Source: Deltaproteobacteria bacterium
GTDB lineage: Bacteria; Desulfobacterota; BSN033; UBA1163
Length of the DNA stretch: 64,000 bases
Direction: 5' to 3'
Assembly (NCBI GenBank): GCA_018333535.1
Contig: JAGXTA010000071.1
Location: forward strand, 99,100-163,099
Below the pieces are notes generated by a model, which saw only the letters and a list, made by a program, of their open reading frames with translations, did not search any database and had not been told where the DNA came from. The position numbers and the translations under genes are program-made. This document shows, piece by piece, positions 10,423 through 19,112 of this stretch. How positions within the stretch are numbered: position 1 is the first letter of the stretch; each line of letters starts with the position of its first letter.

Positions 10423-11990
10423 ACTATCAAGATTTAATTCACTCTCCCATCCTCTCCCCCGGGGTTGCCAAACTGGTTCAGAAATGCGCCCTGAACAACG
10501 CCCCTGTTTTTATCCAGGGCGAACAGGGGACGGGAAAAGAGCTGATCGCAAAGATCATCCATCATACAGGGGATTGGAAATCCTCTCTTTTTTACAGGGT
10601 GGATTGTCAAATCCTTCATGAGAATACTCTCTTTGACCACCTCTCTCCCCTTTTTGAAAAGATCCTTTTCGGGATGACCCCGGCGACCTTCTTTTTAAAC
10701 GAGGTGGGACGCCTCGGCCGTAGGGATCAGTTGAAACTCCTGGAACTGGTCGAGGACGGCCTGCTCCAGAACGGAGTGGAGAAAAAAACCGTTAAAAACA
10801 TCCGCTTCATCTCCTCCTCCTCGGAGAACTTAGAAGAAAAGGTGGCGCAGGGAGCATTTTCAGGGGACCTCTATTTCCGCTTAAGAACCATGGCCATCCA
10901 TGTCCCGCCGCTGAGGGACCGTCCGAGAGAAATCGGCGCCATCGCTCAATATATTCTCGAAGAGAGTGTCAAGCAGTTGAAGCTTAAAAGAATGGGGATC
11001 TCGAATGACGTCCTCAGGTTGTTGGAGAGATACTGGTGGCCCGGGAACCTGAAGGAACTGGAGAGGGTCGTCACCCGTTGCGCCATTTTATCAGAAGGTG
11101 AAAAGATTATGGAAAAAGATCTCTCGATCGAGAACGGGATGGATAGAAATTCCTTTTTCTCTTTCGTTGAAAAGGCGGAGACGAGGCCGGCGGCGCCTCC
11201 CAAGAACGAACCCTCCCGTAACCATTCCAACGGACTCAATATCCCCGATGCCTCGTATTTTTTCCTTGAATTGGTCCATCGCATCAAAAATCCCCTGGTC
11301 TCCATCAAGACCTTCACTCAACTGCTGAGGGATAAATTTAATGATGCGGAATTCAGGGGCTATTTCTACAGGATCGTCACCGAGGATATCGAAAAGATTG
11401 ACGGCGTGCTCAATGGCCTCCTCAATTACATCCGGATCAATCACCCGGTCGAGAAGAAAGACACCATTCATTTCATCATCGAAGATGTCCTGAAAAAGCA
11501 TGGGACGCAGATTGAAAACAAGAGGATCAAGCTATTCAGGAAGTTTGAAAAAGACCTTCCTGAAACGATCCTCCATGAAGAGCAGTTGCGATACATTTTG
11601 ACTTCCCTGATTCAGTATGCCATTCCTGCGATCCCAGCCAGCGGAAGCATCGGTTTTTTAACGAAGTCCCTGGATGACCGCCCGGTTCGCGTGGAAAACG
11701 GAGAAGGCCAAACGCCTTCCTCAACAGAGAGGAGATACATCGAAATCATGATGGTTTTCACCGGCTACAAGAAACCCATCGATCCGCTGGATACGTTATT
11801 GGGAGCGCCTTTACTACGCGAGGAGGAATTGACCGATCTGGAGATACGGCTCATCAAAGAGATGATCGAGAGGAACCGGGGGATGATGAAATTCGAAGTC
11901 AATGAGAAGAAGCTCAGGACCCTGGTTTCCCTGAAATTCCCCGCGGAGAGAAGAAAGGTGATCACTTATCAGGCTACGAATTCATCATAA
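10419..11990 (+). CDS. Degenerate sigma-54 AAA+ domain fused to a degenerate histidine kinase core
   Basis: GEQGTGKE Walker A, DLYFRL, WPGNLKEL; no GAFTGA; ELVHRIKNPL H-box but no G-boxes; ATGA overlap with the kinase gene. Confidence 0.8.
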   Translation: MNYQDLIHSPILSPGVAKLVQKCALNNAPVFIQGEQGTGKELIAKIIHHTGDWKSSLFYRVDCQILHENTLFDHLSPLFEKILFGMTPATFFLNEVGRLGRRDQLKLLELVEDGLLQNGVEKKTVKNIRFISSSSENLEEKVAQGAFSGDLYFRLRTMAIHVPPLRDRPREIGAIAQYILEESVKQLKLKRMGISNDVLRLLERYWWPGNLKELERVVTRCAILSEGEKIMEKDLSIENGMDRNSFFSFVEKAETRPAAPPKNEPSRNHSNGLNIPDASYFFLELVHRIKNPLVSIKTFTQLLRDKFNDAEFRGYFYRIVTEDIEKIDGVLNGLLNYIRINHPVEKKDTIHFIIEDVLKKHGTQIENKRIKLFRKFEKDLPETILHEEQLRYILTSLIQYAIPAIPASGSIGFLTKSLDDRPVRVENGEGQTPSSTERRYIEIMMVFTGYKKPIDPLDTLLGAPLLREEELTDLEIRLIKEMIERNRGMMKFEVNEKKLRTLVSLKFPAERRKVITYQATNSS

Positions 11991-12196
11991 GGAAGCCAGG
12001 AAGGCAGGAAAAATTCAAATTCTAAAACCCAAATTCTTTACCTTTTTTTTATTCATGGTTTCCTGGATTCCTAATAAGGAGTAACATAATAAGGAAGCCA
12101 AGAAGGCAGGAAAAATTCAAATTCTAAAACCCAAATTCTTTATTTTTTTTTTCATGGTTTCCTAAATTCCTAATGAAAAAATTCCTAATAAGGAGT
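11987..12196. repeat. Tandem duplication of ~100-bp inverted-repeat element (family B)
   Basis: ATAAGGAAGCCAxGAAGGCAGGAAAAATTCAAATTCTAAAACCCAAATTCTT...TTCATGGTTTCCT..ATTCCTAAT occurs at 11987 and again at 12089. Confidence 0.85.
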
Positions 12197-13607
12197 GGCG
12201 ATGGTTGGAAAGGAAGCATTGAAAAGCATTCTGGTTGTCGATGACGAGGTGGGGGCCAGAGAATCCCTAAAAATGATTTTAAAGGGGGAGTACCAGGTCT
12301 TTTTGGCGAAAAACGCCGAAGAGGCCTTTCAACAGGTCGATGGCCATATCCCTGACGTAATCCTTCTTGATATCATCCTGCCGGATATGGATGGCCTGAG
12401 GATTCTGAAAAAGTTGAAGCAGACCCTTCCCGAACAGATCGTCATCATGATCACTGCCACCAAGACAGTGAAGACAGCCGTGGAAGCGATGAAACTCGGA
12501 GCTTATGACTACGTCACCAAGCCCTTCGATGTGGATGAGCTTCGCTTGATCATCAACCGGGCCCTTTCCACAAAGGCGCTGAAGGAGGAAAACCAGCGGC
12601 TCTGGATGGAGGTTGACCGGAATTTTGGCTTTGAAAATATCGTGGGAAAGAGCAAGGGAATGAAGGATATTTTTAAAGTGGTGAAGCAGGTGGCCGATAC
12701 CCGATCCACGGTTCTGATCATGGGAGAGAGCGGAACAGGGAAAGAACTCATCTCACGCGCCATCCACTACCATAGCCCGCGGAAAAATCATCCCTTCGTC
12801 ACCATCAACTGTGCGGCCATTCCGGAGACCCTGATCGAGAGCGAACTCTTCGGCCATGAAAAGGGGGCCTTCACCAATGCGATCGAGAAAAAATTGGGTC
12901 GTTTTGAGGCGGCCCATGAGGGGACTCTCTTTCTTGACGAGATTGGTGAATTGAGCCTGATGACCCAGGCGAAGATCCTCCGGTTTCTCGAAGAGAAGGA
13001 ACTCAACCGGGTGGGAGGTTCGAAGACGATTAAGGTCGATGTGAGGCTCATTACAGCGACCAATAAAGATTTGCCCCAGCTTGTCAAGACAGGACAGTTT
13101 CGAGAGGATCTCTACTACCGGATCAATGTGGTTCCCATCATCCTTCCCCCGTTGCGAGAGCGAAGAGAGGATATCCCCCTATTGATCAGCCATTTTACAA
13201 AGAAATTCAGCGAGGAGAACCAAAAACAGTTGAAGGGGGTCAGCAAAGAGGCCTTGGAATTGCTGCTGAACTACGAATGGCCCGGAAATGTCAGGGAACT
13301 GGAGAACCTGATCGAACGGGTGATTGCCCTCACCCACAATGAGTATATCCAGCCGGACGAATTGCCCCTTCCCATCATCAATCAATCCAAGGCGAATGGT
13401 TTGAAAGAATCGGTCTTAAGCGGCCAGATCTCCTTCTCGAGGGCGGAGGAAGAATTTGAGAAGGAAATCATTCTGGATGCCCTGAGAAAAGCCAATTTTA
13501 TTCAATCGCACGCCGCAGAGATTTTAGGGATCAGTCGAAGGATTTTGAAATATAAGATGGACAAATTGGGGATCCAGCAGCAGGACCGGATCAAGCAATA
13601 CTCCTAA
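12195..13607 (+). CDS. Sigma-54-dependent response regulator (NtrC/AtoC family)
   Basis: Receiver domain, GESGTGKE, ESELFGHEKGAFTNA, LFLDEI, C-terminal Fis-type HTH. Confidence 0.93.
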   Translation: MAMVGKEALKSILVVDDEVGARESLKMILKGEYQVFLAKNAEEAFQQVDGHIPDVILLDIILPDMDGLRILKKLKQTLPEQIVIMITATKTVKTAVEAMKLGAYDYVTKPFDVDELRLIINRALSTKALKEENQRLWMEVDRNFGFENIVGKSKGMKDIFKVVKQVADTRSTVLIMGESGTGKELISRAIHYHSPRKNHPFVTINCAAIPETLIESELFGHEKGAFTNAIEKKLGRFEAAHEGTLFLDEIGELSLMTQAKILRFLEEKELNRVGGSKTIKVDVRLITATNKDLPQLVKTGQFREDLYYRINVVPIILPPLRERREDIPLLISHFTKKFSEENQKQLKGVSKEALELLLNYEWPGNVRELENLIERVIALTHNEYIQPDELPLPIINQSKANGLKESVLSGQISFSRAEEEFEKEIILDALRKANFIQSHAAEILGISRRILKYKMDKLGIQQQDRIKQYS

Positions 13608-13817
13608 ATCTTCCACCTGCCAAATATTTAGTTCCTGCGCCGAAAGATACGGTTTTAAGTTCAAGAGGCCCGCCTAAAATGTAAACCCTTGTTCATTTTT
13701 GTACGTCCCTTTTAGCCCGATAATGCCAGAATGCCACCCTCATAACTTGTAATAACAATAGCCCTGAAATATCAACAGGTTATTATACTGAAACAATTCA
13801 ATGATTTTAATTCAAAA

Positions 13818-13833
13818 TGGCAACATTTTTGCT
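13818..13833 (+). promoter_or_regulatory. Sigma-54 -24/-12 promoter
   Basis: TGGCAACATTTTTGCT matches TGGCAC-N5-TTGCW. Confidence 0.75.
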
Positions 13834-13874
13834 TTAATAGTATGTCTATTCAATCGGATCGAAAGGAAAAAAGA

Positions 13875-15005
13875 ATGGAACCTAAAAAAAGTTTGGCCAA
13901 TATCCTGATTGTGGATGACGAAATAGGCCCGAGGGAATCCTTAAGAATGATTCTTAAACCCCATTATAACATCTTCATTGCAGAGAACGGGCATTCGGCC
14001 ATCCAGATGCTCCGGCAGACCGAGATGGATGTTGTCACCCTGGATATTAGAATGCCCGGCATGTCAGGCATTGACACCCTCAAGGAGATCAGGCTTCTCG
14101 ATCCTGATGTGATGGTCGTCATCATCACGGGCTTTGGGACGCTAAAGAGCGCGATCGAGGCCATCCGATACGGGGTGTTCGATTATATCCCGAAACCTTT
14201 TAATGTCCCGGAGATCATGTGCATTATTGAAAAATCGATCCAGCGGAGAAAATTGAACCTGAAAGTCAAGGAGATGCTTCGTCAGCGCTCCGATTCCGGC
14301 AATCAAAACGGTCCGATGGATACCGACCTTTTGCTTTCGAAGGAAATGAGCGGTCTTGCCGATTCGGGAAACGGAGAAAGAGGCGCTTCGGAAAATCAGA
14401 ACTGTCTCGAATTTTCAAAAGTTCTTGCCTTTACGCTTGAGGAGAAAGACCCTTATACGTCGGGACATTCAGAGCGCGTTTGTTACTATTCTGATTTCAT
14501 CTCAAAAAAATTGTCGCTCAATCCAAAGGACAGGAATGAAATCAGGGTCGCTTCTTACCTCCATGATATCGGAAAAATTGGCATCAGCAACCGTTTTATC
14601 AATAAGAAGGGCGCTCTCTCGTCCACCGAATGGGCCATCATCAAACAGCATACCAAAAAGTCACTCGAACTCTTGGTGCCCCTGAACCTTTCACCCCATA
14701 CCCTTTCCTATGTTCACCACCACCATGAGCGGTACGATGGAACCGGTTATCCGGATGGATTGTCGGAGGACCGGATCCCATTGGGAGCCAGGATTATTGC
14801 AATTGCGGATGCTTATGACAGCATGACCTCCGACCGGCCCTACCGCAAACCCCTAACGAATGGGGAGGCAAAAAATGAGCTCTTGAAATTTGCCGGAAAA
14901 CAGTTTGATCCCCAGTTGGTCACCATTTTTCTGAACATTCTTAGGGAGATGGAAGAGGTCTTTCTGGTCAAGGACCATGTCAGAGTTCCATCCGTTTCCT
15001 ATTAA
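13875..15005 (+). CDS. Response regulator with HD-GYP phosphodiesterase domain
   Basis: Receiver domain plus HSERV, LHDIGK, HHERYDGTGYP; start moved to 13875 because of the RBS and promoter position. Confidence 0.9.
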   Translation: MEPKKSLANILIVDDEIGPRESLRMILKPHYNIFIAENGHSAIQMLRQTEMDVVTLDIRMPGMSGIDTLKEIRLLDPDVMVVIITGFGTLKSAIEAIRYGVFDYIPKPFNVPEIMCIIEKSIQRRKLNLKVKEMLRQRSDSGNQNGPMDTDLLLSKEMSGLADSGNGERGASENQNCLEFSKVLAFTLEEKDPYTSGHSERVCYYSDFISKKLSLNPKDRNEIRVASYLHDIGKIGISNRFINKKGALSSTEWAIIKQHTKKSLELLVPLNLSPHTLSYVHHHHERYDGTGYPDGLSEDRIPLGARIIAIADAYDSMTSDRPYRKPLTNGEAKNELLKFAGKQFDPQLVTIFLNILREMEEVFLVKDHVRVPSVSY

Positions 15006-15022
15006 ATGAAAAGGAACCTTCA

Positions 15023-15784
15023 ATGAACCAGATCATCCGATGCATCACCTGCGATGAAATATTCACAAAAACCCCTTACGACCAGTGGCCTGAGTATGAG
15101 TATGTTTCGGTTAACCGTCCTGAGCCCAGCCGGACGATTGAAAAAGATGATTTTCAAGATTTTTTAAAACATCATCGGAACCATCCGATGGAGGACCTGA
15201 AGGTTCTGGAGGACTCCTTCGTCAGCGAAAAACCTTATTTCGAGCCGACAAAGGCCTCCTATTTCAAGGCGACAAATGGAAAAGAGATGTTTGTGATCAA
15301 GAAATTCAGGAAGAGGATCGATGAACCACTGTCCTATCAATTGATCCGGGGAGACTACTCCTTAAAACTTCTCCGCCTTGAAATCCAGGCCGAAGAGATT
15401 GTCAAACAACTTAAAAAAGAACTGAATCCCTCCCCTCTTCCGGAGCCTCAGTTAGAGGCCTTTCTCAAATTGTATCGGCAGGTTCTCAAAACCATCGATA
15501 TAAATAGCCTGGAGAGGGTTCCCGAAGATTCCCCTCATCCCCTCGAGATCTATTATAAAATGGATGATGTCAGCCTCGCTTACCTGCTAAGAAATTGCAG
15601 GACAATATTTAAAGGGCAGGAATATCAAGCCGTCGAGGCGTTTATCCAGCGTCACAGGGAGGATGGGGTTTTATTGTTGAAAGCCGTCTACCAGATTCAA
15701 ATCTCTGAGTCATCCAAGTCAAAGAAAGGCGCCCTTCCCATCCCTCACGCCATAGAAGGGAAGAAATATGTAGAGAAAACATAA
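15023..15784 (+). CDS. Hypothetical protein with N-terminal CxxC...HxxH metal-binding-like motif
   Basis: 253-aa ORF with RBS; CITC and HHRNH motifs. Confidence 0.7.
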   Translation: MNQIIRCITCDEIFTKTPYDQWPEYEYVSVNRPEPSRTIEKDDFQDFLKHHRNHPMEDLKVLEDSFVSEKPYFEPTKASYFKATNGKEMFVIKKFRKRIDEPLSYQLIRGDYSLKLLRLEIQAEEIVKQLKKELNPSPLPEPQLEAFLKLYRQVLKTIDINSLERVPEDSPHPLEIYYKMDDVSLAYLLRNCRTIFKGQEYQAVEAFIQRHREDGVLLLKAVYQIQISESSKSKKGALPIPHAIEGKKYVEKT

Positions 15785-16022
15785 GCCCCTTCTCCCCTGG
15801 AGATTCCTGAAAAAGTCCGGCAATCTCTGTTTACACCGATTAGGAACCGATTGCACAGATTAGAAATGCATTGTTAAATAAATAAAAATCTGTGGGATCA
15901 TTTTTTAAAATCTGTGTAATCAGAGAGCGAAAATCAGTTTTTCAAAGTTTTCCTCTCTTAAAAATTGACAAGGCGCCGGAAGTCTGTTAACTTTTTAATA
16001 CAAATGCAACAAATCATTAGCC

Positions 16023-16083
16023 CTGTAGGGCAACCCTATCAGCCAGAGGCTGATCCGCCTCAGGCGGAAAGGGTGCCCTACAG
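16023..16083. repeat. GTAG-type REP-like palindrome with nested hairpins
   Basis: CTGTAGGGCAACCCT...AGGGTGCCCTACAG enclosing ATCAGCCAGAGGCTGAT and CCGCCTCAGGCGG. Confidence 0.7.
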
Positions 16084-16126
16084 AACATTTAATACATTGA
16101 CGTCCTGATTCGATATGGAGTGAAGC

Positions 16127-16975
16127 ATGGATTTATTTTTGACAAGCCACGTCCTTTTTAATATCTCGATGGGAATTTATCTTCTCAGCTTCCTGGGCTA
16201 TCTCCTTTTTACAGCCTCACGGAGCAATCGACTGGGAACGGCTTCTACCTCTCTGCTGGTCATAGGGCTGGTCATTCACTCGGTTGGCCTGGTATTGCGC
16301 TGGCTGGAAACCCATCAGACAGGATATGGTTATGTTCCCCTTTCGAATATGTATGAATCTCTTGTCTTTTTCTCCTGGACGATTGTCCTGATCTACCTCA
16401 TCCTTGAATTCAAATACAAGCAAAAGATCATTGGCGTCTTTGTCACCCCCCTGGCCTTTTTGACAATCGCCATCCTCTCCATCATCCCAAGCGTCAGTCC
16501 CAAGATCACCCCGCTGATGCCAGCCCTCCAAAGCAACTGGTTGACCATTCATGTGACGACCTGTTTCTTCGGGTATGCCGCTTTTGCCGTCTCCTTCGGG
16601 ATCAGCATCCTTTACCTGATTCAAGATCGTAAAGGTGGACCGCAGGAGGGAATGGCAAAATGGCTGCCTGCTCTTCCCATTCTTGATGAGATTAACTACA
16701 AATCGATTGTGATCGGATTTCCGATGCTGAGCCTGGGCATCATCACCGGTGCGGCATGGGCGAATTATGCATGGGGAAGTTACTGGAGCTGGGATCCGAA
16801 AGAGACGTGGTCTTTGATCACCTGGTTTGTTTATGCGGCCTTCTTACATGCCCGTATCACACGGGACTGGAGGGGGAGAAAAGCAGCCATTCTATCCATC
16901 GTCGGGTTTGCGGCTGTCCTGTTTACCTACTTCGGGGTCAACTACCTCCTTTCCGGACTGCACAGCTACGCCTAA
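16127..16975 (+). CDS. Cytochrome c biogenesis system II heme-handling protein (CcsA/CcsB/ResC family)
   Basis: PLSNMYES, PALQSNWLTIH, WWD motif WGSYWSWDPKETW, terminal GLHSYA. Confidence 0.92.
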   Translation: MDLFLTSHVLFNISMGIYLLSFLGYLLFTASRSNRLGTASTSLLVIGLVIHSVGLVLRWLETHQTGYGYVPLSNMYESLVFFSWTIVLIYLILEFKYKQKIIGVFVTPLAFLTIAILSIIPSVSPKITPLMPALQSNWLTIHVTTCFFGYAAFAVSFGISILYLIQDRKGGPQEGMAKWLPALPILDEINYKSIVIGFPMLSLGIITGAAWANYAWGSYWSWDPKETWSLITWFVYAAFLHARITRDWRGRKAAILSIVGFAAVLFTYFGVNYLLSGLHSYA

Positions 16976-16989
16976 ATCCTTAGAACAGA

Positions 16990-17107
16990 CGTTTGTCGTT
17001 GTCGAAGCTCGTATCGATGCTCGTTTGTCGAAACTGGAGGCTCGGATTATTATCGAGTTTCGAACTTCTTGCGTCTAACTTTGATACGAACATCGTCACC
17101 GCTAACC
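16990..17107. repeat. Repeat family A, copy 2
   Basis: GTTGTCGAAGCTCGTATCGA...GATACGAACATCGTCACCG, closely similar to copy 1. Confidence 0.85.
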
Positions 17108-17125
17108 ATTAAAAATGCACCGTTT

Positions 17126-17551
17126 TCATAACTTATAGAGCTCATCGTCGAACATGTGGACCCAGTTCTTTTTCAGAACCTGAATCGCCTCCTCCATCTG
17201 ATCGACGCCCACGATCAACACCGTCTTTTCACCCCTGCCCAAACAGGTGTAGAGGTAATTGACATTGATTGAAACCTCTTTGAGCGGCTTTAAAACCGCA
17301 TTGAGACCACCCGGATGGTTGGGGGCTTCCACTGCGAGCACCTCGGTGATCTTAATCGAATAACCATGTGTCCTTAAGACATTGGCCGCCTTTTCAGGGT
17401 CGCTGGCGACAAACCGGATGGCGCTGACATCTGAGGCGTCAACCACGCTCACCGCTATGATATTGATCCCATTCTCTCCCAAATAATCGCTCATTTCAGA
17501 GAGCTTTCCGGGAACATTCTCAAGGCTTACGGAAATCTGTTTGACAGGCAT
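17126..17551 (-). CDS. ACT-domain protein
   Basis: QISVSLENVPGKL...NHPGGL tandem ACT pattern. Confidence 0.85.
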   Translation of the reverse strand: MPVKQISVSLENVPGKLSEMSDYLGENGINIIAVSVVDASDVSAIRFVASDPEKAANVLRTHGYSIKITEVLAVEAPNHPGGLNAVLKPLKEVSINVNYLYTCLGRGEKTVLIVGVDQMEEAIQVLKKNWVHMFDDELYKL

Positions 17552-17562
17552 AGCTTACTCCT

Positions 17563-18099
17563 TCACTTCAAATATTCGTATCCCAGCATTAAAGCTGATT
17601 TGTTCAGCTTGAAGACCGCAGGATTCTTGCCGCCGAAGGTATTTTTCAGAACCCGAATCATTGTTTCCGGAGACACCAGCCCGGATTTTTTGATGAAGGC
17701 TCCTACCATGATCACATTGGCGCCCCTATTTTCGGGAAGTTGTTTGGTCAAGTCATTGAGCGGGATCTCGTAGATCTCCAGATCTCCCCGGATGGGCCTG
17801 TCTTCGATCAGGCTTGAATTCAAAAAGATGGTCCCTCCGGATTGAACCTGATTCTGAAATCGGATTAAGGAGGGGTTATTCATCAACACCGCATATTCGG
17901 GTTCCGAGGCGACCGGAGAGGCAATCTCCTCTGAGGAGACCACCACCGTGCAGTTGGCTGTTCCTCCCCTGACCTCTGCTCCGTAAGAGGGCAAACAGGT
18001 CACATTCTTACCTTCGACCATCCCTGCGGTGGCAAGGAGGTATCCCATCATAATGACCCCCTGGCCGCCGAATCCTGAAAAAATAGTCTTAATGAGCAT
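17563..18099 (-). CDS. 2-oxoacid:ferredoxin oxidoreductase gamma subunit
   Basis: SGFGGQG, PSYGAEVRGGTANC. Confidence 0.9.
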   Translation of the reverse strand: MLIKTIFSGFGGQGVIMMGYLLATAGMVEGKNVTCLPSYGAEVRGGTANCTVVVSSEEIASPVASEPEYAVLMNNPSLIRFQNQVQSGGTIFLNSSLIEDRPIRGDLEIYEIPLNDLTKQLPENRGANVIMVGAFIKKSGLVSPETMIRVLKNTFGGKNPAVFKLNKSALMLGYEYLK

Positions 18100-18847
18100 C
18101 TTTCTTGTCTCCGGGGGTATCCTTCAGCACTCCGAGCGGGAAATGGCTCGCCATCACTTCATCGATCCATTTCGAGGCTTTTAAAGGATCCATTTTCCAG
18201 TTTGTCGGACAGGCGGACAGGACTTCGACAAGCGTGAACCCATATCCCTGTATCTGAAGACGAAATGCCTTTGCAATCGCCTTCTTTGTTTTCAAAATAT
18301 TGGCAGGGGTATTGACGGCCGTTCTCTCAATATAAGAACTGCCAGGGGCAATGGCAAGCATCTCGCTCAGATTGATAGGAAAACCTTCTACCTTTTCTTT
18401 TCTTCCGCGTGGCGAGGTGGTGGTGTTCTGTCCTAATATCGTGGTAGGCGCCATCTGGCCCCCGGTCATCCCGTAGACTCCGTTATTGACGAAGATGGTG
18501 GTAATGTTCTCCCCTCTGGCCGCCGCATGAATCGATTCTGCTGTTCCGATGGCGGCCATATCTCCATCTCCCTGGTAGGTGAAGACCACTCTATCCGGAA
18601 CGGCCCGTTTCAGTCCGGTCGCCACCGCAGCCGCCCTGCCATGGGACGCCTCGCCCATATCGATATCAAAATAGTTGTATGCGAGGACTGCGCACCCAGC
18701 CGGAGGGACGCCGATGATCTTCTCCTGAAGGTTCATCTCATCGATCACCTCTCCGATGAGCCGGTGGATGATGCTATGGCCACATCCGGGGCAGTAATGA
18801 AAAGGAGTTGTCTTCAGGGACTTCGGTCTGCTGAATATTTTTTTCAT
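18089..18847 (-). CDS. 2-oxoacid:ferredoxin oxidoreductase beta (TPP-binding) subunit
   Basis: YCPGCGH, QGDGD...NN.VYGMTGGQ, CPTNW. Confidence 0.9.
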   Translation of the reverse strand: MKKIFSRPKSLKTTPFHYCPGCGHSIIHRLIGEVIDEMNLQEKIIGVPPAGCAVLAYNYFDIDMGEASHGRAAAVATGLKRAVPDRVVFTYQGDGDMAAIGTAESIHAAARGENITTIFVNNGVYGMTGGQMAPTTILGQNTTTSPRGRKEKVEGFPINLSEMLAIAPGSSYIERTAVNTPANILKTKKAIAKAFRLQIQGYGFTLVEVLSACPTNWKMDPLKASKWIDEVMASHFPLGVLKDTPGDKKDAH

Positions 18848-18928
18848 CGTAATATCTCAAGCCAAGTGTTTTTTCGATGGATTAGGTCGTCATAAGCTTT
18901 TTTTTAAAAGGTAACGGTAAAAAACTAG

Positions 18929-19100
18929 CGTTTGTGGTTGTCGAGGCTCGTATCGAGTCTCGTATATGGAGGCTTGATGCTCGATCTTCGTTTCCCGAGC
19001 TTCTTGCTTCGATACCAGCATCGTCACCGTAAACCCATTTTCTTTTTTTGCTACCCTTACCGATAACCGAAACGGGCTTCATAGCCGTAACCTTGACCGA
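18929..19100. repeat. Repeat family A, copy 3 (inside the oxidoreductase operon)
   Basis: GTTGTCGAGGCTCGTATCGA...TCGATACCAGCATCGTCACCG...AAACGGGC. Confidence 0.8.
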
Positions 19101-19112
19101 TTGACTTTAAGT

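Noticed and set aside
13842..13874. ORF-track start of the HD-GYP regulator at 13842
   Set aside because: It lies at or before the predicted sigma-54 transcription start; ATG 13875 has an RBS.
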